A stretch of DNA of 64,000 nucleotides from NCBI RefSeq assembly GCF_009914755.1, contig NC_060935.1. One strand, given 5' to 3'. Of the stretch, positions 39,726 to 54,189 are shown one piece after another. The DNA comes from the human T2T-CHM13v2.0 reference genome, Homo sapiens. The position numbers and the translations under genes are program-made. Each line of letters starts with the position of its first letter. The first letter of the stretch is position 1. The notes beneath the pieces are model-generated. The model was not told where the DNA came from. It made no database searches and was given only the letters and a program-made list of their open reading frames with translations.

Positions 39726-40326
39726 GGAATTGAAGATGAGTCATATAAATAATCCCACTAAATGAAAACTAAATGTATCCTCAACTTAATTCTCTTTTAG
39801 ACAGATCTCTATACTGGCTGCAACCACTTCACCTAATGTGATGTAAAATGTAATCAAGGGGAAAGAGAATAGAAATTTTGAACTGATGCGGTTAAAATAT
39901 ATTTTGCAAAATTTATAAAAATGTAGGACAATGTGAATCATTGTTAGGATCCTCCCTGGGGCTTGGAAGTGTTGGCTTTAATAGCTTCATGTTAAATCTG
40001 CATCTGCCCAGCATTACTGGTAAATGAACATTTTTCTGAAAGAAGTCTTTAATGTTATTGCAGGAAGTGTTTGAGCTGGGCCAGGCCACAAAGTCTAGTC
40101 CTGATTTTAAGGTTGATGCCAAAGAAACCTGGTTAGACCAGGTTTTAGGTTGTCACTTCTCTTGTATGTTACTGAACCAACAGACAAATGTTGCAAAGGA
40201 CATAGACCAAGTTTGTATGTGAGTGGATCTGGCTCTTTGGTGTCTCTGTATCGCTGGAGGAGGTGCCCTGGAAATTCTGTAGCCAAAGCAGCCTTTGAAG
40301 AATAAGAAATCTGCAAGGTCTTGGTA

Positions 40327-40607
40327 GGTCAAGGCGGGCAGATCATGAGGTCAAGGCAGGCAGATCATGAGGTCAAGAGATCGAGACCATCCTGGTCAAC
40401 ATGGTGAAACCCATCTGTACTAAAAATACAAAAATTAGCTAGGTATGGTAGCACACGCCTGTAGTCCCAGCTACTCGGGAGGCTGAGGCAGGAGAATCGC
40501 TTGAACCTGGGAGACAAAGGTTTCAGTGAGCCGAGATTGCGCCACTGCACTCCAGCCTGGTGACAGAGCAAAACTCTGTCTCAAAACAAAAAACAAACAA
40601 AAAAAAC
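40327..40607 (+). mobile_element. 5'-truncated AluSc-like with 22-bp internal tandem duplication
   Basis: ggtcaaggcRggcagatcatga x2, then ggtcaagagatcgagaccatcctgg. Confidence 0.93.
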
Positions 40608-42173
40608 TGCAAGTTCAATAAGTATGGAGCTTTGGTCTCACTGCTTTTTCGGAGCAGTTGGCTGTTGAAAGAATTGCATTTTTTCTTGGGCCTACTCCTT
40701 CTCATAAAATATCTTTGGGAAATCACGAGTAACAATATACCAGTATCCAGGAAGCACACTAAAAGGGCTTTTGAGAGCTGCGCTAATAACTGTCCCAGAG
40801 TTCTTTCACTCAGACTCATTCTCCATATTCTAAAAGTGTAACTTGAGGGATTTCCCTAAATTATAAGAAGTTTCAATTAATCATAATATGCACATTATTG
40901 TTGTAATTTACTATAAATAATCTAACTTATAATCTCTATATTAGTAGCGTATCTTAGAATCCATAATTTCCATCCCTGTGGGCCATTGGTTTGGTGGGAT
41001 GTTTCTGATTTCATTGACTAAACCCTAGATAAAGCACCATGATTCTTAAAAAGAAACATTATTTTGAGGTTGGCTTTGAAAGGAAATTCTTTACTCGGTC
41101 TATCCAAGTATGAGATCCGAGGTTGTGAATGGGGCTGTGAAGATGGAAAGTAAGGTTAGTCTCCTTCATGCGTGTTGGTCCTCTGTCCTCATACGTATCA
41201 CACATCTCTCCCCGATACTGGGTAGAGTTAGGTATTTCTTTCTTACACCTTGAGGATACTTCTAATAGAATATTTGGTTAATAAAGGAATAATGATTAAA
41301 CTGAATTAGCCTTGAAATAAAAACAGTTATTAAATATTGGATAACCATTTTATACAATACTGCTTTAGATGCTAAAATATCACATGTACTCTTTCTTTCA
41401 TCTGACTGCTAATTTATCCTACACTGATATTTATCCTAGAAGGTAAACCATCAGAAATGGAGTGAGTTTGAGTTTGGTTTATGGTCACTAAATTCTTGTG
41501 TTTCACAACTGAGATACTGTAGGTGCTCAAGGGTGATTATGCTAACTCAAAATTCTGTATTCTGTAGGAATACAGCATGACTCAAACATAGATAATGATA
41601 CTTTAGCTCATTTAGAACTTCATAATTTGGTAAAATATGTTCAAGAACCAGGATGTAAGCAATAATGGCTATTGGGAGCTTTCTACAGAGTTTGCACTAA
41701 TATACATTAACTCTGTGGTTTTCATTCAGTCCCTACTTACTTTCACTTTGCACACAATTCTAATAAGATGGATTTCCTGATATGTAATCCTATAGCATTT
41801 TAGAAATTGCGAAGTGGAGATATTGCAAAAGATGGTCATACTTACAGCAGTGGGAAATAACCCCGTAAATCAGGCAGCAGGAGAAAGAGTTCACTAACTC
41901 TCATTGTGTGTTTTTCTGTGCCAGGTGTTAAATAAGTATTGACATATTTTCTTTTCATAAGGATTCTATGGGGTATGTACTCTGATTATCCACATATTAT
42001 GGATGAGAAACAAAAGCTTGATTTTAAATTTCTTGTCCAAGGTTTCACAGCTTGTGGTGGAGCTGAGATTTGAATGAGGTAGGTCAGAACTAGAATCTGA
42101 AGGCTTAATCTTGGGACTTCAGACATTTTCAGGATAAACAGCCCTAAGTACCTCCTTAGGGGCTGTAAGCCCA

Positions 42174-42476
42174 GGCCAGGTAGTGGCTTATGCCTATAAT
42201 CCCAGCACTTTGGGAAGCGAGGCGGGTGGATCACTTGAGTCCAGGAGTTTGAGACCAGCCTTGCCAACATGGTGAAACACCATCTCTACTAAAAAATACA
42301 AAAATCAGCCGAGTGTGGTGGCGCACACCTGTAATCCCAACTACTCAGGAGACTGAGGCAGGAAAATTGCTTGAACCCTGGAGGTGGAGGTTGCAGTAAG
42401 CAGAGATCGTGCCACTGTGCTCCAGCTTGGACAACAGAGCAGGACTCTGTACACCCCTCCCTGCCCCGCAAATGGA
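42174..42476 (+). mobile_element. Alu (AluS) with non-A tail
   Basis: TSD ggctgtaagccca / ggctttaagccca. Confidence 0.94.
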
Positions 42477-43388
42477 GGCTTTAAGCCCAAAGAGCTCTCA
42501 TCACTTCATTCATTCCCATGCAGCATAATAGCTAGGTGATGATTGTAATGAAGTTGGGATCATTGTCAAGGCCCAGGTTCCCTAGAAAACAGAACCTAAA
42601 GGAAAAGTTACAGTACATGCTAATGTTTTACTAATCACAGGGGAGCAAGAGTGAGGAAAAAGAAGTCATATGGGATGAAATGGAGACCACATATAAATTC
42701 GTGTGTTTTTAAGTTGGTCACAGCTTCACAACAATACTCAGCCTGTTTTCAGTTGCTCTGCCTGTCTCCAGAGAGGGCACTGAGAACCACTCTATTTTGG
42801 ACCATTTACCTGGAGTTGGAAGGAAGGGTAAGCAGTTTCTCTGCTGCCTCCTGCCCATTTCTGGCCTTTTATTGGTCAAATCTGCCACATAGACCATTAA
42901 GTCACAAAACTTCTGGGAAGTACTAGTGGGAAGCTAGTACTTCTGTGGGTACCATCTGGTCAGTGTTCACATTACTATCTGTCTTTTATCAATGAGTACT
43001 GGATTGGGGGGCTTCCTTATTCTGTGGTAGGAACAGAGAGTTCTTATCAGGGAGTAGGGTGAACAGTCGATGTTTAGGTGTCTGTGGTACAGGTTGGCCT
43101 GAGCAGATCTCGGTGTTGCACAAACTGGACCTGGAAAGAGAATTGTAATGCACTTTGGAAAGATTTTTTAAATCAAAAATAGAAAATTAAAAAAACAAAA
43201 CAAAGCCCATAAAATTATGATGACCATCTGACAGGCTGCTCAACTACTTGGAAAACTGAAGTGTGCAAAATGACACATTTCCCAAGGGTTCTGGTTTATC
43301 AAGGTTTTGTGATCCCTCTGTCTCTGGAACCTGGACTGCTTAGAACTACAAAGAGGAAAAGTAGCAGCACTTTGCGTTCTTTGATTGA

Positions 43389-43777
<389 letters not shown>

Positions 43778-43934
43778 TGAATTCATGAGCTGGAAATTGG
43801 GAGGGAAGTAGAGGGGCTGAAGTGAAGGAGTTTGGGAATTTAATCTGCTGGACTTATTTTTCCATCGTCCTTCCTAGTCACAATCATCTTTACTTCCTCT
43901 ACCTTCTCCTCTTCCTTAGCACCATCACCACTAT

Positions 43935-44165
43935 CGTCTAGTACTTACTGAGAGCATGCTATCTGCTAGATACTCTGTAAGTTGTTTAATGTACTTGAGC
44001 TCATTCATGCCTCACATTAAACTTATGAGGTAGGTACTCTTACTGCTCCAGATTTGTGGGCATGGGAACTGAAATTTAGAGAAATGAAATAATTTGCCCA
44101 AGTCCACAGAACTACTAACAGAGCCAAGGCTATAACTCAGCCTCGTCAAAATCCATGGTTCTATC
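43935..44165 (-). mobile_element. MIR
   Basis: cttactgagagc..cttatgaggtaggtact..gaaatgaaataatttgcccaagtccacaga. Confidence 0.7.
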
Positions 44166-44448
44166 TCTTGTCCCGACCACATACTCCTCTTGGAGTAGGT
44201 ATGTTTGGATCTTTTTGTGCACATTTTTGTGTCTACCTTGTGCATTCTATTTTCTCATGTGCCTTTGTTGTTAGGAGCTTAAAGGGAATATCTGTAATAT
44301 TCATGTATTCATTACAATATGTATTATATATTATGCAATATATAGTATATACTGTTATAATGAACGCGTGATGAACTCCTACAGTATTCTAGGCACTGAG
44401 TTAAAAGAGTGATCCAAACAGGCAAAAATCTTTATCCTCGTAACATTC

Positions 44449-44496
44449 TGTATTAGGCAGGGTTTCCAGAGAGACAGAACCAGTGGAGATATGTAT

Positions 44497-44550
<54 letters not shown>

Positions 44551-44763
44551 ACATAGATAGATATGGATATAGATGTATGAGAGGAGATTAATTAGGGGGA
44601 TTGGCTCATGTGATAATGGAGGCTAAGTTCTATGAGAGTCCATCTGTAAGCTGGAGAAGGAGGGATGCCGGTAGCATGGGTCAATTCAAGTTCAAAAGCC
44701 TCAAAACCAGGGGAGACTATGGTATAACTCTCAGTCTGTGGCCAAAGGACTCTCAGACAGAGA

Positions 44764-44802
<39 letters not shown>

Positions 44803-45018
44803 TGCTTTCCTTCTGCCTTTTTGTTCTATCTGGGTCCCTCTCTAGGTGTATGGTGCCCACCCACATTGGATGAAGATTAATCTTCCTTACTTAGCCCACT
44901 GACTCAAATGTCAGTCTCTTCCGAAACACCCTCACTAACATACCCAGAAATAATGCTTTTTCACCTATCTGGGTATCTCTTAATCCAGTCAAGTTAGCAC
45001 CTAAAATTAAGCATTGTA
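44449..45018 (-). mobile_element. MLT2 (ERVL) solo LTR containing (CA)n 44498-44547 and (GA)n 44760-44798
   Basis: tgtattaggcagggtttccagagagacagaacca..ttggctcatgtgataatggaggct..aatccagtcaagttagcacctaaaattaa. Confidence 0.88.
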
Positions 45019-45874
45019 TATTCTAGTGGGGATGTTGCACTTAAAACGGTCTAACATATCACACATTATGCATGTTTTCCTTGATTATTATCAAGTGCTA
45101 AGCAGAAAAATAATGCAATTGAAGGATCAATAAATTGTACAGGTGGTGGTGGGTTCCAAGAAGGCCTCACTAGGGAGAGACAACCTCTGGATAAAGTCCT
45201 GAAGGAATTTTAGTTTTGTTACCTGGTATTTTAACTTGCAGGAAGGCAAGAAAGATGGAGAATAAGTTTGACTGATTTGCCACAAACTCTGATAACTACT
45301 CTTTGTGATTTAAAAACCCACTATGAACTGTAGGAAGAATGTAATTTGAAGTACACAATTATAAATGCAGATTTGTTAAGCATAGAAGTAGCCTGTTTAA
45401 AACTATTTAAGAGTGAATCAAAAGTCGTGGTGTAAATGGACCCCATCTCAAACTTCCCTTCACTCCATCATGCCTGTACCATAAGAGGAAAAACACTACC
45501 TCCACCCTTTACTGTTGTTAATTGTATGCATATATCCCATCTTCCTTCTGAAATTCCATTTTTCTGAATACTGTCTTACAGCAGTTTTTTTTTTTAATTG
45601 TACAATGTAACATCCTTAAACATGACTTAAAATTGAACTGAAGAGCTGCTGTGTCAGGCATGTTGTCTGAATTGCTGGACATGGAGCTATCTCCCTGGTT
45701 TAGAGGAATTCCATTCTAGTTGGGAGCATAAAACATTCACGCAGAGAAAGTGGTAGTATGCTGACCTGTTTAATAAAACATGCGCACACACACACACACC
45801 ATACCTAAATTAGTAATCGTCAAATAATTAGAGTAATTTAATATATATCCTGTTAAACTTATTATATAATTGGA

Positions 45875-46181
45875 TTTTTCTGAGACAGGGTCACCCTGTC
45901 TCTGTCTCCCAAGATGCAGGCTGGAGTGCAGTTGTGGGGTCATAGCTTACAGCAGCCTCCAACTCCTGGGCTCAAGTGATCCTCCCACCTCAGTCTCCCA
46001 AGGAGCTGGGACTACAGATGCATGCCACCACCCTCAACTAATTTATTTTTATTTTTATCTTTGTAGAGATAGGGTCTTGCCATGTTTCCCAGGCTGGTCG
46101 TGAACTCCTAGGCTCAAGCTCTCCTCCTGCCTTGGACTCCCAAATAGCTGAGATTACAAGTGTCAGCCACCACACCCAGTC
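45875..46181 (-). mobile_element. Alu (AluJ-like)
   Basis: TSD aattggattt on both sides. Confidence 0.93.
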
Positions 46182-49100
46182 TAGAATTGGATTTTGTAAA
46201 AAGTGTTTAAGGATTCTTTGGAGGCTTGAGCTCATGCCCATGGTTGACATTTGAGGAAGATGAGACTTATTTTCCCTTAGCCCCAGGGATAGTCAGTGGC
46301 ACAACTGACCCTTGAACCCAGGACTTGTAAACATGGGTACTATTTTGTTCAAGGCTGTCTTGATAATTTAGCAGGTGCATTTGAGGTCTTAGGTTTTCAT
46401 TTTTAGCTGTATTTATTACTGAGACATGGAGTTACTGACATGGCTGTAAGTAAGCATCACCTTTTATTAGATGCCGATGCCAGAGTTGACTTTGTTTGCA
46501 CTTTATACTTATATTGTGAGATGTTTGGTGACCATCCTTTATGGTATTTTACAACTTAGTAGTTCACATTTTGTTGTTTACTGACCTAAAAAAAATCATA
46601 GCTAACATCTGAAGCAAAGATGAAAGCACATTTTCTTTTATCACACATCTCTGCTTTTACTCACAGAACTCTTTAAATTAGGTCATTAACATATGCAAAC
46701 ACTTCTTTTCCCAAAGTGTTTTTCTACTCTGCAATTATTATGTTGTTTTTGGTAAGATAAATAAGCCCTACATTAAAACGCCAGATATTAAAATGAGAAA
46801 CAGTAGCACTTTATAAAATATTAGAAAGCTTTGAAAAACACAAATAAATAGAAAGCATCCCCTTGTGGCTTCAGGTAGTGCATGTTAAAGAGTTTGTACC
46901 CCTGTACTCTGTCTTCCTGTGGGCTGAGTACTGGGATGTGGCAAAGTCTCCCCTGGAATTGACTGGCAGACCACTTTGCTGGGGGTGGATGGGGAAAGAG
47001 AGGCTTCTGCATTCTTTTGTCCTGATCAAACCAAAGCAGTTTCTCCAGCTGTGAGGTCAAGTTTCTAGCCTTTTAGTAAAATTAAATTGTTTGCTTTGTC
47101 TGATATCAGTTCTGGTTTCAGACAGAGGGAAATAACAGTGGGAAAGCAGCCTGTGTGGGGAACGCAAGCAAATGTGCTGTGGGCTCTCAGACGAATAGTG
47201 AATCATTCTGGGGATCTCACATGCTCACTTAACATGCAGAGCTTGGTAACCAGCTTAAGATAGATGACCTGTCACTTTCAAGAACATGTCAACTGTTTGT
47301 TGCAGGGGAATATTTCCTAGTCGGTTCATGGGATTCTTAATAAAGATGTTGGAACCAGCAGTCCTGCTGTGTTTCAGCTTCTAACCAGAAGCTGAATAAA
47401 GGTCAGAAGGGTTACTGCCCCTCTCAAATGGATCCCAGAATCCCTCACTTTGGATAGTGGTTGTGGTTTTATCTGCTTTGGTGTTTGTTGTTATTATTTT
47501 CTGTCTTCTTAGTGCTTCTGAGTTGCTCAGATTTGGCAAATTTTGAATAGACATATATATGAACCCCAAATAATTGTACTGAGAAATGCAGAAAATATTG
47601 AGCAAGACGCTGCTGAATTTCCATGAGTAAGCAAATATATTCTAAGAGCTCACAGGTGAAAATTTCTTTTTATTTAATATGTCATTTTTATTGGAAGGTA
47701 ATGATTATGTCCAGGCCATAAATACAGTGTAAATTCTCTTCAATAGACATTAAAAAGATGACTTTCAATTGGAAGCAGCTTTTTAAAGGGCTTAAAGGAT
47801 ACTGAGGTATAAATTTTCAGACCTGTACAGTCTGTACGTGTAAGACTAGGAAGAAATGAGTGAAACCCAATACAGGCTCATGCATGGGAACACATGTTTA
47901 TGACCATAAGCTGTAGTTTCACAAAACATGTTGAAGAAGGACATATAATGGACGTATAATGGCTAAGAGTTTTAAATGTATTGTTGTGTGTGTTAGTTTA
48001 TAGTTATAATAAAAATATCCAATGGGTTATCAGCCCTATCATCATTTTTCAAATGAGGATACTGAGGTGTGGGATAATTTCTTAAAAATAGAGCTGTGCT
48101 TCACAAATACCCAGGAAATAAACACTTGTTCAGTCACTAAGTTCTGACTCCATGTTGTGTATTTTGTCTGTATTAAGATTCTGTTCAGCTGCCCAGATAA
48201 AAAGTGATAAAAGTTTTCTAGCTGATATTCCTACTATAAGATATCTTACTGTCTGTTTCCAACTAGCTCTGAAGGGTCAGCTAGTTTTATTAGAATTATT
48301 GAGCATGCCCAGGATGTGGTTGTATAGGCTCAGCTTAAATTTACATCAATTGGCAATACTTTCTCTTGGTTCAGGATCAGCTGTATATTCCTCTCATTCC
48401 TTATTTCTGCCTGATTGTAGGCTCCTTGAAGGCAGGATTTATTTCTGATGCACTATTGGGTCCTGTGTCTGGCTCAGTCAGAACCTGGCATATGATCACT
48501 GCTCAGTAGGTATTTTTGGAAGGAAAGGAAAAGAAAGAAGGGCTAGCTATGTAGATGCAACAGCAGCTCAGTGTCTATCTCTGATTCCTTTCCAAAGGTT
48601 AAATTAGATGAGGAAGACACGTTTTCTGGGCATCAGCTTTACCTCCGAGTACATGGGGGATCTGTTCCAGTATCTTTGTTCTTTTGTGGTTCAAAGCTTT
48701 GAATAATGTATGTTTTGATGAACAAAATGGACACTGTGGCTCTATGAAGAACTTAACTACAAATACTGCAGTTTGTGTCATTTTTTTCAGCCATTTAAGG
48801 TGGTGTCAAAAATTACAGTAGCTTACATTTTAAAAAATATTTGACTTTTAAATAATGTTCACTGTGTCATTGACCCTAGGAAGGATTTTAGCTTACATTT
48901 ATGGCTTCTTACTGCTACTGCAATAGAGCCAACAACCACAGATCTGCCCATCACTTTCTTATAAATGTGGTTATTTCAGATTTCCAGTGTGTTCTGGTCA
49001 CCTGGCTTGCTCTTCTCTTAAAATGTGTTTAATGCTCTCTTGGCCAGTGGTTAGGCTCATACTTCTTATATTTCTATTATCCAGGAGACTTTATCATCGA

Positions 49101-49416
49101 GATAGTTATAATCTTTCTTCTATTTTTCATTAAGGTCTTATAAGCCTATTATTGGTGCTGAAGCTCACCAAGACCTCCATACCCTTGCCTCTCTTCAGCA
49201 GGTGCTATCTCTTATACCCCAGTTGGAAATGTAGGTTCATTTCAGACAGCAGTTTTCACATAAGGCATTATATACTATTTTAACTATATCAAGGGCCTTG
49301 ATTTTCACCATCCTCTTAAAGATTTTTAAAAATATCTTCATTCTGAAGTCTCCGAATTTTTATTTTATATGCATTGACTTCTTCTGTTATTTCCTTGCAA
49401 AAATACTTTGGTGTTT

Positions 49417-49780
49417 GTCTTAGTCCATTGGGATTGCTATAACAGAATACCATAAGCTGAGCAGCTTATAAATAACAGAAATGTATTTCTCACATTACTA
49501 GAGGCTTGGAAGTCTAAGTGCAAGGAGCCGACAGATTCAGTGTCTGGTGAGGACCTGCTTTCTGGTTCATGGATGGTGCTTTCTGGTTATGTTTTTACAT
49601 GGTGGAAGGGATGAAGCATTTTTCTCAGGTTGCTTTTATAAGGGCACTAATCCCATTACTGAGGACTGCTGCCCTGTGATCTAATCACTTTCCAAAGGCC
49701 CTACTTCCTAATATTATCACCTTGGGGGTTACGAATTCAACATAGGAAATTTGGGTGCACAAAACGTTCAGACAATAGCA
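49417..49780 (-). mobile_element. MLT1A-type MaLR solo LTR
   Basis: tgtcttagtccattgggattgctataacagaatacc..ataagggcactaatcccatt..gttcagacaatagca. Confidence 0.88.
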
Positions 49781-50811
49781 GTGTTTTTCCCATTTAGATC
49801 TTTGGCCTTGTCATCATACCCCCTGCCACTCCTCTCTCCATATGCTTTCTGTAAGAAACACTTTTCCAACCTCTTTAAAAATATTCTGTTTTCCTCCTTC
49901 AGCTTGGAAAACCAAGTTTTAAGCTTGTTCCACAAGTGATTTTGTGCTTTATAATAAGTGAGTTATTTTACATATAGCACAAAGCACATTGCCTAGATTC
50001 TTATATATTTATTTCACTTTTCTCGATCCAAAATACATTCATAAATTTGAACCACAAAAGCATTAAAGTGTCAAACATTTCTGTATTTGCCAAGCCATAG
50101 CTTTGTTTCTCTTCTGGAAGGTAGCAGAAGTTACTTTTGATGGAGTTATCTTTTTTGACTGGACCAGGAAAAAGGCCCCCATGATGATGAGCAGGAAAGC
50201 ATCTTTTCTATCTATACCAGGCAGTTCTAAGGTAAGCCAGACCAAAGCAGATGATTCTGTCCCTGCCTCCACCAAAATCACTGTTGGATTGTAGATGAGA
50301 AGACAAAATGACTTAAACCTTGGACTGGGACAATTCATTTTCTGACAGCTGGAGGCTCTTATGAACAAGTGAGACCAATATTTGTGGGTTATCTTGGATT
50401 TGGCGTACTCATCTCTTCACAGTCAGGAGCAGTCTTCAGAGATGTGATCAAAAACATCATTAAGTACTAGGGTGAAAAATCCATCTTTTTACATTTGGGT
50501 TTGAACTTTATGTTTGTCACTGTTTCAGAATTGCTGAAATTACTAGAACAGGGTCTTTGGAGTGGAAGAATTTTGGTTTCTTCATTCTATCCAAATAAGT
50601 ACAGAAGAAGGTCAACAAGGAATCAGGCCATAGTCTGGAAGACTGATATCCCAGAGTGGCTGTGAGGTAGATGAGGTAAAAAATCAACCTAAAGGGACTG
50701 GTTAGGTTCTGAGCTGGAAGAATGTTTGGAGGAAGTAACCGTGAGAGACAGGATGGATAGTTCTCTTGCTTGATGATGTCGTTGAGTCAGAATGCCATCA
50801 TGCAAACTGAT

Positions 50812-50813
<2 letters not shown>

Positions 50814-50853
<40 letters not shown>
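50814..50853. repeat. (TG)n microsatellite
   Basis: Directly visible. Confidence 0.98.
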
Positions 50854-50854
<1 letters not shown>

Positions 50855-51594
50855 CAATGAAGGATAATTGATGTTACGTTTTATAACAGGGATTTTGTGT
50901 GAGGAAGGTTAAATTTGAAAACGAATGCGAATGTACTCACCACATGACTGAGTGTCTCCCACCTTCAAGATTCCCATTTGCAGTTGACCTTTGACATTCC
51001 TTGTGCCTCTTGCTAATGCTTGGAGTGAACACTTTGGACCTCGTATGTGAAATTCCACTTGCTCTGTGGTTCTCAGTGCTTTGTGGTCTTTAATCAGTTC
51101 TGTATGCCTGCCCTGTCTTCCTCTTCCAAGACAACAAGACTTGGCTGTCAGCTTGATCTGTCCATTGTAGTTTATACAGATGTTTCTTTTGTTTTTGTTT
51201 GAACGCCCTCAAAGAAACCATGTTGACTGTGCTCCATCACATGAGGCGGTGCCCATGTGTCCTTCATAGTAACACTGTGAGGCATAATTATCCACACTTC
51301 AGAGATAATACACAGCCAACACAATTTAGCTTGCTTTATAGAGCTGAGGCAAATCATTTCCCCTCACCCTCAGGCCAGCTCTCTAGTGAGAGATTACCTC
51401 TTGGTGACACTTCAGTCTTTGGTTTAGCAGCTAGAATTCTTTTATAGTTTGGGAAGGATATGGGATCACATTTCTATGAGTGGGTGCTGGAATATAGACT
51501 CCCATTTTTCACCCTTATACCCTCAGTTAACTTCTCTATGTGAGTGAGCTTCTGATGGGATAAAGTCTTTGGAGAAACCTTAGAATTCTGGTTT

Positions 51595-51812
51595 TGTTTT
51601 TGTTCTATTAAGGTCAAACTCACATAGTATAAAATTCCCCATTTTAAAGTGTACCTTTCAGTGGCATTTATTACATTCACAGTGTTGTACAACTACTACC
51701 TCTATTTAGTTCCAAAACATTTTCATCACCCTACCATCACCCATACCCATTAAACTATCACTCCTCATTCTGCCTCCCCTCATTCCCTGGCAATGACCAG
51801 TCTGTTTCCTCT
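51595..51812 (-). mobile_element. L1MB 3' end fragment
   Basis: cattttaaagtgtac..tcagtggcattta..acattcacagtgttgtacaac..ttccaaaacattttcatcaccc. Confidence 0.8.
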
Positions 51813-51970
51813 CTTTTGTTTTTGTTTTTATAAGAATAGATTATAGCCATATTAAGAATGAGATGCAACTTGACTCATTTATCCAATGACTCATTTATCC
51901 AGATGTTAAAAGAGAAAGTAAGAACTTAGGCACTGGAACTTCTTTTATATTCTTATATATCTAGGAGTTG

Positions 51971-52254
<284 letters not shown>

Positions 52255-53556
52255 TCACCACTTTTTTTTCACCACTCCTTCCATGTGGTGGGTGCATTCA
52301 CATTTGTTTTCAAATTTAGCCTGTTGTAAAACGTAACATTAATTATCCTTCCTTCCGAAACACCTTTGATCTGACTTTTAAGAAATAAATAGATATATTT
52401 TTGTTTAAGCAGGTATATAGGTAGTTAAAATATAATTATTCAATTAACTTTTTCATTTTAAAATTTGGGATTTTTTGGTGAATTATATTAACAGTCCAGG
52501 AAAAATGAAAAAATTATTAATTACTATCCTATTTTAAGTACTTCCTTTTTTTCTTAAAGGGAAATATTTTTGAAATGTTGATTGAATATTTATGAGACGA
52601 TGAGTGTACCAGGTGTTAAAAAGAAAATGAAGGAAATATGAGATGTCTTTTTCTCAAACATTGGTGGGTAGTTTTTGTCCTTTCAGCAGGATTTTTGCTT
52701 CAAGAGTTTTTGTTGGTTCTTCATTGCTGCATTAAAGTTACTTTCAGAGGGCTAAATCTCATAAAATGCCAGGATATCAAGGAGAAAATTGAACTCTGGC
52801 TCAAATCAATTGCATATTATGTTAGGAGAGAGAGACCTCATGAAAATGCTTCATGTTAAGGGGCAGGAGCTGGATTTTCCTTTGATTCCGGATTTTAATA
52901 TCAACTGTCAGTATTTAATAGTAAAAAGACATGGCTTCACATGTATTTTTAATTTCCTCAAATTTGAAAGTTGCGTGAGTCTTAAACTGGCCCTTAGAAG
53001 TGGATTTCAGAATTGGTGTTTAAAATATAAAATTCACAGAAACTCCTAGTGGGGGGTCAGCTGGAGTGTCATTTTCAGGAATAAGCAATATCTATATTGT
53101 TTTTTGTTCAATATTTTGTACAGTTTTCATTTGGTAAATCTGGTTGTTATTAAAGTGACAAAGCTAATGGAATCACCTGCTGAGGCGCTGTCTCCCAGGA
53201 AGGCACCTCTAACAAAACCTTTCCTTTCCTGACGGGAGATCATTATGAGATCCTGCCTCGTAAGAGGGACCCCTAAAGGTAGATCTGGAACATTCCTCCA
53301 TCCTACCTGAGTGTCACTTGGCTTTAATCCTTCTGCCACCATCTAGATACCCATCAGCCTCCAGCTTGGATTCCTTTCAAAAGATACTTAGAAAAAAAAG
53401 AAACAACTTTCAGGTTTTGCTAATCTTGAGATATCTACAGTTCTATGACTTTTTCCATGTGTGTATAGAGAAGGATGTGATTGTGTTCCAGTTCAATCTG
53501 TCTTAAAGAGTGGTCCGCATGGAGTCAGCAGGTATGGGTAGGCCAGGCTTCTGCCT

Positions 53557-54116
53557 TTTTAAAATTTTTATTTTCTTCAAATTTTATTTTAAGTTCATGG
53601 GTACATGTGTGGGATGTGCAGGTTTGTTACATAGGTAAATGTGTGCCATGGTGGTTTGCTGCACAGATCATTCCATGACCTAAGTATTAAGCTCAGCATC
53701 CATTCGCTATTCTTCCCGATGCTCTCCCTACCCCCAGCCCCTGCCTACAAGCCTCAGTGTGTGTCGTTCCCCACCATGTGTCCATGTGTTCTCATTGTTC
53801 ACCTCCTGCTTATAAGTGAGAATATGCAGTGTTTGGTTTTTTGTTCCTGCATTAGTTTGCTAAGGATAATGGCTTCTAACTCCATTGATGTCCCTGCACA
53901 GGACATGATCTCGTTCCATTTTATGGCTGCATGGGATTCCATGGTATATATGTACCACATTTTCTTTATCCAGTCTGTCACTGATGGACGTTTAGGTTGA
54001 ATCTATGTCCTTGCTATTGTGAATACTGCTGCAATGAACATACATGTGTGTGTATCTTTATAATAGAATGAATTATACTCCTTTGGGTATATACCCAGTA
54101 ATGGGACTGCTGGGTC
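53557..54116 (-). mobile_element. L1PA (older, roughly L1PA8-13) 3' end, inserted into a MER5 element
   Basis: Antisense 3'UTR and ORF2 C-terminus (WIKKMWYIYTMESHAAIK..KHCIFSLIS); MER5 halves at ~53520-53556 and ~54117-54180. Confidence 0.9.
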
Positions 54117-54189
54117 AGGCACCAGCATTCCAGATGATTCTAATGTAGGTGATGTGCAGACCACAGTTTAAGAACCACTGTTCTAGCCC

